64,000 nucleotides of DNA from Candidatus Tritonobacter lacicola (lineage in GTDB: Bacteria > Auribacterota > Tritonobacteria > Tritonobacterales > Tritonobacteraceae): the NCBI GenBank assembly GCA_030765135.1, contig JAVCDC010000009.1, positions 5,682-69,681 on the forward strand, written 5' to 3'. The position numbers were made by a program, and so were the translations under genes. Below are positions 48,562 through 57,176 of the stretch, in pieces (position 1 is the stretch's first letter; the number at the start of each line of letters is the position of its first letter). The notes below the pieces were generated by a model that was not told the origin of the DNA, ran no database searches, and saw only the letters and a list, made by a program, of their open reading frames with translations.

Positions 48562-49320
48562 TCATCGATGGCATGCAAGACGGTTCATGAGCGTAGCCGC
48601 GTAGCCGGCGCCGAAGCCGTTGTCGATATTTACCACGACTACCCCGGAGGCGCATGAGTTCATCATGGCAAGGAGAGCCGCCAGGCCTCCGAAGCTCGCT
48701 CCGTACCCGACGCTCGTCGGGACGGCAATGACCGGAGCGGCAACCATGCCGGCCACGACGCTGGGAAGGGCCCCCTCCATGCCGGCGACCGCCACGACGA
48801 CGGATGCTCTCATGATCTCCCCGCGGTGATCCAACAGCCGGTGCAGGCCCGCGACGCCGACATCGTATATCCTCTCGACCGGGCTCCCCGTAATCTCCGC
48901 TGTAACCGCCGCCTCTTCTGCAACAGGTATGTCCGATGTGCCGGCGGAGATGACGGCGACCGGGCGCTCAAGCCTCGGCAGGGGCCTCCTTTCGACGGTT
49001 ATGGCCCGTGCCTCCTCATGGTAGACCGCGTCGGGGCACCAGCTCCTTATCATTTCGTACGTCTCCCGGCCGGCCCTGGTCGCCAGCAGCGTATCGGCGC
49101 CCTCGAGTATCTCCTTCGCTATCGAGTCGATCTGCTCCGGGCTCTTGCCCGGACAGTAGATGACCTCCGGGAAACCCTTCCTCAGGGCCCTGTGATGATC
49201 CACCTTTGCGAAGCGGAGGTCGTGAAAGGGCAGACGCCTCAACCTCTCGACGGCGTCATCGATGGTAGCGTCTCCCCGCTGGAAATCGAGGAACAACCGC
49301 CTGATCGCCTCCTCGTCCAT
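48562..49320 (-). CDS. larB: LarB-family (PurE-like) nickel pincer cofactor biosynthesis protein
   Basis: PurE-like C-terminal half (VAVISAGTSDIPVAEEAAVTAEITG...VAVAGMEGALPSVVAGMVAAPVIAVPTSVGYG) with an N-terminal extension, the LarB architecture. Immediately downstream of larC. Confidence 0.8.
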   Translation of the reverse strand: MDEEAIRRLFLDFQRGDATIDDAVERLRRLPFHDLRFAKVDHHRALRKGFPEVIYCPGKSPEQIDSIAKEILEGADTLLATRAGRETYEMIRSWCPDAVYHEEARAITVERRPLPRLERPVAVISAGTSDIPVAEEAAVTAEITGSPVERIYDVGVAGLHRLLDHRGEIMRASVVVAVAGMEGALPSVVAGMVAAPVIAVPTSVGYGASFGGLAALLAMMNSCASGVVVVNIDNGFGAGYAATLMNRLACHR

Positions 49321-49321
49321 G

Positions 49322-49993
49322 CTATTTCGTTATAAGCCTTCTGATGCAGTCGGCGGTGTTCTCGGCATGGTCGGCGATCCGACCCAGCTCGCGCATGAGG
49401 TTCATGAGGAATATCACGGTTACAGGATCCAGCTTGTCCTCTATGCTGAAAAGGGTTTTTGCAAAGCGAAACTGGACCTGATCGGTCAGCCACTCTTCCT
49501 TCTGGACATGCTCGATAAGCTCGATAACCTCTTCGAGCTTCTCTGTGGACGATGGATTCTCGAGGAGGTCAATCATCTTCAGGTCGGCCCTGGATACGGC
49601 TTCAACGGCGTCCTTGACCTTATCAACAAGCTCGAGAATATCCTCTTTCAGTTCTCCGGGCAGCTTCGTTTTCCTCACCGTGAGAAGCCGGGCGACATCC
49701 TGACACGAGTCGGCAATACCGTCCTGTTGGCTGAGAAGGGTAAGAATGTCCCCCCTGTTGCTGGAGCCGAATATGCTCTTCGTGAAGCTCTCCCGTATCC
49801 CTCTCTTGATGATATCCGCGTCGTGCTCGAGCCTGCAAGTTTCCTCCATCAACTCTTCGATCTTCTCATGGTCCCCTGCTATGAAGCTTTCGATGATTGA
49901 ATCCAGCAGGCCCAGGCAATCCATGACCTTCAACATGTGTTCGTAGATCGGACCATAGGCGGGGCGACCGAACAATCCACCGATTTTTTTCAT
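49322..49993 (-). CDS. DUF47-family (PhoU-like, TIGR00153) phosphate-transport regulator
   Basis: ~220-aa all-helical protein, MKKIGGLFG...EHMLKVMDCL...RLEHDADIIKRGIRE..., in the usual position next to a phosphate transporter gene. Confidence 0.65.
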   Translation of the reverse strand: MKKIGGLFGRPAYGPIYEHMLKVMDCLGLLDSIIESFIAGDHEKIEELMEETCRLEHDADIIKRGIRESFTKSIFGSSNRGDILTLLSQQDGIADSCQDVARLLTVRKTKLPGELKEDILELVDKVKDAVEAVSRADLKMIDLLENPSSTEKLEEVIELIEHVQKEEWLTDQVQFRFAKTLFSIEDKLDPVTVIFLMNLMRELGRIADHAENTADCIRRLITK

Positions 49994-51666
49994 TTGCTTT
50001 TCCTCCCGATTACAAGCCTGGCAATGGCCAGTACATGTTCGTTGATTCTATCATAATCGGTGAGGATATCTAAATAAATCGGGCTCGTCTCTATGGCCTC
50101 TTTCAACCCCTTCCTGAGCCTCCCGAGGTGGGCGAGCCTGAGATCTCCCTTCCAGATATGGATGTTCTTTCCCTTCGAGAGGGCCCTTCGCGCCAGCTCC
50201 GCGTCCCCCGACTTGAACGCCTCGAGGACCGACGAGAAGTTACGGAGCACGGCTTTGTGATAGCGCGATAGGTCGTTCTCCCCTTCGATCGAGAAGCAAA
50301 GGTCCGCCTCCATTCTCTTTCGCGCCAGAGGAGCCAGGCCCTTGCTCACAACGTCCCCGATGTTCTCGAGCTCGTCCGTTATGTGGACAAGGGCGGAGAC
50401 TTCGGATGACTCGCCCCCGTCAAGCCTCCTCTGCGAAATCATGACGAGGTACTTCGAGATCTCCCGGTAGAGGAAATCCGCCCTCATGTCCTCCCTCACT
50501 ATATCCTCTATCACTGTCGTGCTCTCGCAGGTGACGACCTTGAAGCTTTCCCTCAGCATCTCCCGGACGATTCCGCCCAGCCTCTCGATTTCCTTTCCCG
50601 CCTGCGTCAGGGCCATGACGGGGGAGTTGAGAAGCCTCTGGTCCAGGTAAACAACCTTCTCCACCTCTACCTGCTTCCTCCCCGGCGCGATCCGGATAAT
50701 GACCTTCGTCATGATTCCAGTAAAGCCGATGAATATGAGCGTATTGAGGACGTTGAACAGCGTGTGGGCGTTGGCAACGAGCCGTTCCGGGCTGGCCTTG
50801 CCGTAGCCCCCGAGAAAGAGCGCCGTCACCCATTCGGTCAGACGGGCGAATGGTCCTATCCAGAACATGAAAATCACCACACCGGCCACCTTGAAGAACA
50901 GGTGGGCAAAGGCAACCCTTTTCGCATTGATGTTCGCGCCGATGCTGCCCAGGAGGGCCGTGGCGCACGTCCCGATATTGGCGCCGAAGATGATGGGAAT
51001 GGCCGCCTGGAGTGGAAGCAGGGAGGTCCCGTCGGGCAGGGTCTGGGACGCGAGGGTCAGCGCGAGAGCTATCGTAGCGGCGCTCGACTGTATGATTGCC
51101 GTGAAGGCCGTGGAGACGGCAAGGCCCAGGAGCGGCCCCAGGGCAGGCCTCCGGCTCAGTACAAGGAGCATATTAACAAACTTCTCGTTCTCTTTCAGGG
51201 GGACGACACCTTCCTTCATGACCGCCATCCCGTAGAATATAAAACCGAATCCCATCAGCACGCGACCCATGTACTTCCACTTCTCGTACCTGCTCAGCAT
51301 GGATATCAGAAGGCCGGCTGCGAGCATGAGAAGGGCGTAATCGGTCACCTTGAAGGCGATAAGCTGGATGGTGAGCGTCGTTCCGATATCAGCGCCGAGA
51401 ATTACGCCCATCGTCTGAGCGAGGCTCATCAGCGAGGCGTTGACGAAGCTGACGAGCATCACAGTCGTCGCGCTGCTCGACTGTGTGCACATGGTTAGGA
51501 ATATGCCCACGCCGACGCCCAGGAACCTGTTCGAGGTGAATATTCCCAGGATCGTCTTCAGCCTGCTGCCGGCGACCTTCTGGAGCCCCTCGCTGGTCAG
51601 CTGCATCCCGTATATAAAGAGTGCAAGCCCGCCGGCAAGGAAACAGGTTATCTTCATCCAGCCCAT
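49990..51666 (-). CDS. Na+/Pi-cotransporter family protein (NptA-like) with C-terminal PhoU-like domains
   Basis: Repeated Na/Pi cotransporter motifs (GADIGTT, QSSSATT/QSSAATIA, GANIGTCATALL). The C-terminal ~200 aa are a helical PhoU-like repeat region. Confidence 0.85.
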   Translation of the reverse strand: MGWMKITCFLAGGLALFIYGMQLTSEGLQKVAGSRLKTILGIFTSNRFLGVGVGIFLTMCTQSSSATTVMLVSFVNASLMSLAQTMGVILGADIGTTLTIQLIAFKVTDYALLMLAAGLLISMLSRYEKWKYMGRVLMGFGFIFYGMAVMKEGVVPLKENEKFVNMLLVLSRRPALGPLLGLAVSTAFTAIIQSSAATIALALTLASQTLPDGTSLLPLQAAIPIIFGANIGTCATALLGSIGANINAKRVAFAHLFFKVAGVVIFMFWIGPFARLTEWVTALFLGGYGKASPERLVANAHTLFNVLNTLIFIGFTGIMTKVIIRIAPGRKQVEVEKVVYLDQRLLNSPVMALTQAGKEIERLGGIVREMLRESFKVVTCESTTVIEDIVREDMRADFLYREISKYLVMISQRRLDGGESSEVSALVHITDELENIGDVVSKGLAPLARKRMEADLCFSIEGENDLSRYHKAVLRNFSSVLEAFKSGDAELARRALSKGKNIHIWKGDLRLAHLGRLRKGLKEAIETSPIYLDILTDYDRINEHVLAIARLVIGRKSK

Positions 51667-51693
51667 AGTATAATTTTTTTCTCTTAATCCGCT

Positions 51694-51880
51694 TTATTCG
51701 CAAATCTTATTGATTTGCGAATAAGCGCCTCCAAGAGAGCATATTGCTCTCTTGGAGGTTTCGGCGCGGCGTTTCACGCCGCGCTCAAGGTTAACCCTGA
51801 GCAAAGGCCTGATAAGGCCGTAGTCGAAGCCCGCAGGGCGATTATTCATGAATGCAATAGCAATTCATGAATAAATCGGG
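51694..51880. promoter_or_regulatory. intergenic regulatory region: three consecutive stem-loops plus a duplicated palindromic 10-mer (ATTCATGAAT-N9-ATTCATGAAT)
   Basis: Perfect inverted repeats TTATTCGCAAATC..GATTTGCGAATAA (51694..51724), CCTCCAAGAGAGCA..TGCTCTCTTGGAGG (51729..51759) and GCGCGGCG...CGCCGCGC (51765..51785). At ~51845..51873, ATTCATGAATgcaatagcaATTCATGAAT, each half self-complementary. Lies between the standalone phoU-like gene and the nptA-like gene. Confidence 0.5.
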
Positions 51881-51893
51881 TTAAAGAGAAAAA

Positions 51894-52601
51894 TTATCCC
51901 ATAACTATGTATGCTATGTCCGTGGCGAACGAGTTGACCCTTCTCAACTGGCTGATGAGGTCGAGGTGTATCGCGCTCGTCTCGAGGCTTTCCTTGAGCC
52001 CCCGGTGAAGGCGGTCTATATGCAGCTCGATGAGCTGTTTACCGAGAAGGACGATCTCCATCTTTTCCTCCGTCACCTCTCTCGCCTTTTCCCCGCTGTT
52101 CTCGAAGAACCCTTCAATGGCTTTCTTCAAGCCCGAGTAGATCCGGAAGTGATAGTCGTTTATCTGCTTCCATCCGTCCGGCGAGAAGAAGAGGTCTTTC
52201 TCCGTGAGCTCGACGGCAAGGGGAAAGATATCGCGGTACACGACGGAGGCGATGAGCTTGAGCTCGTTGAGGAGCGTGAGATAACGCGTCTCGGTCTCAA
52301 CGCCCCCGGAATCCTTCCTCGCCTGGAAAAGCTTCATGAGATACTCGTAAACGGCGTCGTGCAGAAACTCTATCTTATCGTATGCCTCCTCTAAGCCGTG
52401 GAGGAAATCGGGGTCCTTTCTCCTGAACATGTCCATGATGCCCCCCGCCATCTCCGAGCACATGCCGGCGAGCCGCCCCAGCTCCTTGCCGGCCTGCTCG
52501 ATCGCTGCGGACGGGTCGCCGATCAGATCCTCCTTTATGAACTCCGGGGAGAACTTTTCCCTCTCTCTTCCTTTACCGCCGAATATCGATGTCAGCTTCA
52601 C
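51894..52601 (-). CDS. standalone PhoU-like domain protein
   Basis: 235-aa helical protein alignable to the C-terminal PhoU-like region of both neighbouring transporters (SAIHLDLISQLRRVNSFATDIAYIVMG versus STLHMSLMSGLRRLLSFATNIAYAVMG). Confidence 0.7.
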   Translation of the reverse strand: MKLTSIFGGKGREREKFSPEFIKEDLIGDPSAAIEQAGKELGRLAGMCSEMAGGIMDMFRRKDPDFLHGLEEAYDKIEFLHDAVYEYLMKLFQARKDSGGVETETRYLTLLNELKLIASVVYRDIFPLAVELTEKDLFFSPDGWKQINDYHFRIYSGLKKAIEGFFENSGEKAREVTEEKMEIVLLGKQLIELHIDRLHRGLKESLETSAIHLDLISQLRRVNSFATDIAYIVMG

Positions 52602-52602
52602 T

Positions 52603-54699
52603 CTACACCTCCCCCATAACCGCGTACGCTATGTTTGTCGCGAACGACAGGAGCCTTCTCAATCCGGACATGAGGCTCATGTGGAGGGTGCTCGTTTCGA
52701 CGGACTCGGGATGTCCCTTCGCGAGCCTCTCGAAGTGCGCCTTGGTGTATTGCTTCTCGAGCTTTACCAGGTTCTGCTTCCTCAGCGTCACTTCCTCGGC
52801 CAGCTTCGTGTTGTTCTCCTTGAAGGCGGTCGTCGCGTCCCTGACGTCCCTGGCGACCTTGTCCCCGAAGTCCCGGAGTTGTTCCCACCCCTCGGGAGAG
52901 AAAAAGAGGTTGCGCTCCATGAACTCCTCCGTCATGGGGAGGATATCCTGGCTGACCACCTTTCCGATCTCATGGTACTCGTTAAGTATGTTCATGAGGA
53001 TGAGAACGCGCTTGGACTGGGCCACGTTAAGCTCCCTGGAGCCGATCTTCGCCAGGTAGGGCCTTATCACGTTCTCGAGTATCACGACGTGATTTTCCTC
53101 CTGTATGAGCCCCTCCACGAACTCTTCGTCCTTCTTCTTGAACGCCTCGATGGCGCTGTCGCTCATGCGGACGGCTATGTCGGCCAGGCGTCCCAGCTCC
53201 TTCTCCGTCTGCTCGATCGCCGCCTGGGGCGTCGCGGTGAGGTCGCTCACGATGTATTTCGGCTTGAACATCTCCTCCTTCTCCTTGACCTCCGGCAGCA
53301 CCTTCATGACCACGTTGGCAAAGAGGTGGCTGAAGGGGAGGAAGATGAGGGCCATCGCGACGTTGAAGATCGTGTGGGCGTTGGCTATCTGGCGTGTGAT
53401 CGACCCCCCCATTTTCAGCACGATCATCGCCAGGTAGTCCTGGCCGGCTATCCAGCGCCCCATGTAGGTGAATAAGACCATGAAGAGCACGACCCCCGCC
53501 ACTTTAAACATGGTGTGGGCCATTGCCACCCGCTTGGCTGACCGCGAGGTGCCGATACACGCCAGGGCGGCGGTGACCGTGGTCCCGATGTTCGCGCCGA
53601 AGATAATCGGTATTGCGGCATCGATGCCGATGATCCCCTGGGACGCGAGGCCCAGGGCGATGGCTATGGTGGCCGCGCTCGACTGTATGACGGCGGTGAG
53701 CGCCGTCGAGACAAGCAGTCCCAGCAGGGGGTTGGCCGTGGACGCCCTCAGCGCGTTGACAAACGGCTCGTACTTGGCGAGCGGTTTCATCGACCCTCCC
53801 ATGACCTTGAGGCCGTAGAAGAGAAGGCCGAAGCCCATGAGGACCTTACCCAGGTAGTTGAAGGTCTTGTTCTTGGTGAAGAAGGTGAAGACGAAGCCAA
53901 AGAAGACGAAGCCGAGGGCGTACTGGCCGACGTCGAAAGCTATGAGCTGAACGGTCAGCGTCGTCCCGATGTCCGCCCCGAGTATCACGCCGATCGTCTG
54001 CGCCATGGTCATCAGGCCCGAGTTGACAAAGCCCACGAGAAGGACCGTCGTCGCGCTGGATGACTGGAGAATGAAGGTTATGACGATGCCCGAGATGAGT
54101 GCGATCACCCTGTTCCTGGTAAAGAATCCCAGGACGGCCTGCATCTTCTCCCCCACCCATTTCTGGAGAGAGTCCCCCATCAGGTTCATGCCGAAGATGA
54201 ACATCCCCAGCCCGCCGAGGAGCGTGAGAATAATAATGAGCATAACGCCCGCCTTATTCTCGAAATACGGGGGCTTTCCCGCGAGCTCATTGCCCTCGAG
54301 GCTCGCCGAAACGCCGTAGGACCCCGCCTTGCTCCCGAGCTGATAGGGAACTGCGGCTACGCCCTCGGCGTTCGTCTTGACGATGATATCGTGGGGGACC
54401 TTCTCCCCCGTGCTTCCGAGGAACGCGCTGGGCGTGGTCCTCTCTTTCTTCATCTTGCTCGGCTTGGCTGGATCGTGCTCGATGTAGAAGTGGACGGGTA
54501 TGCCGGCGGCGGGGCCGCCCGCCTCGTCCTCCACCAGGAGCTTGATCTCGATGATCTCCCCGACGAGCCTGAAAGCGCCGCTGCTTCCCTTCATCACCTC
54601 GGCCGTGTATCGGCCGGGGTCTGCGTACACAGCACCCGAAAACAGTGCACAGCATAGAAGACTTAATAAGATGGCCCTTTTCAACGAAGAGAAGCGCAT
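52603..54699 (-). CDS. Na+/Pi-cotransporter family protein paralog with N-terminal extracytoplasmic beta-rich domain and C-terminal PhoU-like domain
   Basis: Signal peptide (MRFSSLKRAILLSLLCCALFSGAVYA) and ~120-aa beta-rich segment (GSSGAFRLVGEIIEIKLLVEDEAGGPAAGIPVHFY...) precede the transporter core (QSSSATT..GADIGTT..GANIGTT). The PhoU-like tail resembles the standalone gene. Confidence 0.8.
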   Translation of the reverse strand: MRFSSLKRAILLSLLCCALFSGAVYADPGRYTAEVMKGSSGAFRLVGEIIEIKLLVEDEAGGPAAGIPVHFYIEHDPAKPSKMKKERTTPSAFLGSTGEKVPHDIIVKTNAEGVAAVPYQLGSKAGSYGVSASLEGNELAGKPPYFENKAGVMLIIILTLLGGLGMFIFGMNLMGDSLQKWVGEKMQAVLGFFTRNRVIALISGIVITFILQSSSATTVLLVGFVNSGLMTMAQTIGVILGADIGTTLTVQLIAFDVGQYALGFVFFGFVFTFFTKNKTFNYLGKVLMGFGLLFYGLKVMGGSMKPLAKYEPFVNALRASTANPLLGLLVSTALTAVIQSSAATIAIALGLASQGIIGIDAAIPIIFGANIGTTVTAALACIGTSRSAKRVAMAHTMFKVAGVVLFMVLFTYMGRWIAGQDYLAMIVLKMGGSITRQIANAHTIFNVAMALIFLPFSHLFANVVMKVLPEVKEKEEMFKPKYIVSDLTATPQAAIEQTEKELGRLADIAVRMSDSAIEAFKKKDEEFVEGLIQEENHVVILENVIRPYLAKIGSRELNVAQSKRVLILMNILNEYHEIGKVVSQDILPMTEEFMERNLFFSPEGWEQLRDFGDKVARDVRDATTAFKENNTKLAEEVTLRKQNLVKLEKQYTKAHFERLAKGHPESVETSTLHMSLMSGLRRLLSFATNIAYAVMGEV

Positions 54700-54795
54700 A
54701 GCGACCTCCATAACGTTAATATTTTCAAAGAAAAGTTCCGTGTATAAGCATATCTGCCTCCCCGCACCCGCCTTTCAATAGCGCGGTTCCCCGCG

Positions 54796-55791
54796 TCACA
54801 CGGTCGGGACGGCATCGAAATCAAGGCCACTGGGGCCTTCCGTATTATACACATGGCAGGCGAGGCCGGCAACCATGGCCGCGTTGTCCATGCAGAGCTC
54901 CGGCCCGGGAAGGTGTACGGATACGCCGCGAAGGCGGCCCTCCGAAATCATCCTCTCGCGGAGCCTCCTGTTGCACGCCACGCCACCTCCGATAATGACT
55001 GTGCTCACACCCCTCTCGGACGCCGCCGAGAACGTCTTCGCCGCCAGGACGTCGACGACGGCCTCCTGAAAGCTCGCGCAGATATCCGCAACATGCCCGG
55101 GGAGTAGTGGCTTGTTATGCCCTTTCACATGGTACAGGACGGCGGTCTTCAAGCCGCTGAAGCTGAAATTGCAGTCGCCCCCCCCCATCATCGGACGTGG
55201 AAAGGGAATTCTCCCTGGATCACCCTCACCCGATGCCGCATCCACCGCCGGCCCGCCGGGGTAGCCCAGCCCCAGGATCTTCGCGACTTTGTCAAAGGCC
55301 TCCCCCGGCGCATCGTCGCGTGTGCCCCCCAGAAATTCGTATTCGCCTGCGCCCCCGCAGTAAAACAGCGAGCTGTGGCCGCCGGATACGACCAGTCCTA
55401 TAGCGGGAAATTCGATGCCGTTCCCGCCGAGCAGCGGGGCGTAAAGGTGCGCTTCGATGTGATTGACCTTGACCAGCGGCGTTCTGGTCGCAAAGGCAAG
55501 CGCCTTCGCATACGACACACCGACGAGGAGCGAGCCCATCAGGCCGGGGCAGTACGTTACGCCGAGGAGATCGATATCCTCGATAAGGCAGCCGCCGTCG
55601 GAGAGGGCTTTGCCCACGACGAAATCGATGCTTTCAAGATGCGCGCGGGAGGCCAGCTCGGGAACTATACCCCCGTATTCCCGGTGGACGGGATCCTGGG
55701 AGAAAACAACATTGGAGAGAACGATCCGCCCGTCCCGCACTACCGCGGCAGCGGTCTCGTCGCAGGAGGTTTCGATGCCGAGAACCAGCAC
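54796..55791 (-). CDS. tsaD: tRNA N6-adenosine threonylcarbamoyltransferase
   Basis: MLVLGIETSCDETAAAVV, metal-binding His pair (NHIEAHLYAP), C-terminal GGGVACN. 331 aa. Confidence 0.92.
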   Translation of the reverse strand: MLVLGIETSCDETAAAVVRDGRIVLSNVVFSQDPVHREYGGIVPELASRAHLESIDFVVGKALSDGGCLIEDIDLLGVTYCPGLMGSLLVGVSYAKALAFATRTPLVKVNHIEAHLYAPLLGGNGIEFPAIGLVVSGGHSSLFYCGGAGEYEFLGGTRDDAPGEAFDKVAKILGLGYPGGPAVDAASGEGDPGRIPFPRPMMGGGDCNFSFSGLKTAVLYHVKGHNKPLLPGHVADICASFQEAVVDVLAAKTFSAASERGVSTVIIGGGVACNRRLRERMISEGRLRGVSVHLPGPELCMDNAAMVAGLACHVYNTEGPSGLDFDAVPTV

Positions 55792-55904
55792 TTTACTTAT
55801 TCCCTAAATCAACAGATTGTTTTGCCAACAGAGAATTTTTGCATATTTGATTTTTGATCTTTACGGGGGGTCTTCTACCGGTTAGTTCCAAGCAGGCAAA
55901 AGAA

Positions 55905-57176
55905 CTACTCTTCAGTGGAAGGTAAAGCCTTTCCCTTATATACGTCCCATGCCTTCAAGAGGTCGACAGCCCGCTTGAGCTGTATATCCTCCACTTCCTC
56001 CTCTTCCTCCACCTCTTCTCCATTGGCTTCCTTCATCTTCTTCTCAAGCTCGTCGTATTTCCTCATGACGAGTTTAACCTCGTCCTCCGGGGAAAGCTCC
56101 ACAACAATGTCGGGAGTTATGCCCTCCTCGTGGATCGACCGCCCGCTCGGCGTGAAATACTCGGCAGTAGTAAGCCTCAGCGCCGATCCATCTTTCAGCT
56201 TCATCACGCTCTGGACCGTCCCCTTTCCGAATGTCTTGCTGCCCAGGATAATACCGCGGCCCCAGTCCTGGACGGCGCCGGCGACGATCTCGGTTCCCGA
56301 AGCACTCCCCTTATTGACGAGAATCACGAGGGGCAGGTCGGCCCTCGTCTGACGGTTGCTCGATGTCCATTCGCTATCCTGCTTCGCGCTTTTCCCCTTC
56401 GTGGAGACGATAAGTTTTCCCCGTGGTAGAAACTTATCCGCGACCTCTATCGCCACGTGGAGCAGGCCGCCGTGGTTGTTCCGCAAATCGAGGATGAGCG
56501 ACTTCATATCCTTCTTTTCCAGTTTCCTCAGGGCTTTCTCCAGGTCCTTTCCTGTCCGCTCCTGAAACTGGACCATTTTGATATAGCCGATTCCGTCGTC
56601 TATGATCATGCTCTCCTTGATGCTCTTCACCTTTATCTCTGCCCTGCTCAGCGTGTGCTCCCGGTATTCCTCCTCGCCCGGACGGGATATGGTTATGGTA
56701 ACCTGGGTGCCGGGCTTCCCCCTCAATTTTTTAACCGCGTCCATCAACGTGAGGTTCTTGGTAAGCTCACCCTCTATCTTCACTATACGGTCTCCGGGGG
56801 AAAGCCCTGCGCGCGAGGCGGGCGTGTCGTCCAGGGGCGTTACGATTGTGAGGGCCCTGTCCCTCATCGTTATCTCTATTCCCAAACCGCCGAACTTTCC
56901 TTCCGTGTCGACCTGCATCTCCTCGAACATCTCCGGATCCATGAACTGGCTGTGGTCGTCCAGGGACCCGATCATTCCCTTCAACGCCCCGTAGATAAGG
57001 GCCTTCGATTCCACTTCCTCGACAAAATTTTGTCTCCCGAGGGTAACAGCCCTGGTGAAAAGCTTTACGCTCGCGGAGAGTTCGTCGTCACCGCCGCCTG
57101 AAACACCGGGAAAATTCCCGATACACACCAGGGCGACGCACGCCAGCAACAGGGGGAAAATAAACCTCGTCGTCAT
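55905..57176 (-). CDS. S41-family C-terminal processing peptidase (PDZ-containing)
   Basis: Signal peptide; PDZ (GDRIVKIEGE); catalytic Ser region (ILVNKGSASGTEIVAGAVQD) and Lys region (GSKTFGKGTVQ). DLRNNHGG (tail-specific protease motif). Confidence 0.88.
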   Translation of the reverse strand: MTTRFIFPLLLACVALVCIGNFPGVSGGGDDELSASVKLFTRAVTLGRQNFVEEVESKALIYGALKGMIGSLDDHSQFMDPEMFEEMQVDTEGKFGGLGIEITMRDRALTIVTPLDDTPASRAGLSPGDRIVKIEGELTKNLTLMDAVKKLRGKPGTQVTITISRPGEEEYREHTLSRAEIKVKSIKESMIIDDGIGYIKMVQFQERTGKDLEKALRKLEKKDMKSLILDLRNNHGGLLHVAIEVADKFLPRGKLIVSTKGKSAKQDSEWTSSNRQTRADLPLVILVNKGSASGTEIVAGAVQDWGRGIILGSKTFGKGTVQSVMKLKDGSALRLTTAEYFTPSGRSIHEEGITPDIVVELSPEDEVKLVMRKYDELEKKMKEANGEEVEEEEEVEDIQLKRAVDLLKAWDVYKGKALPSTEE

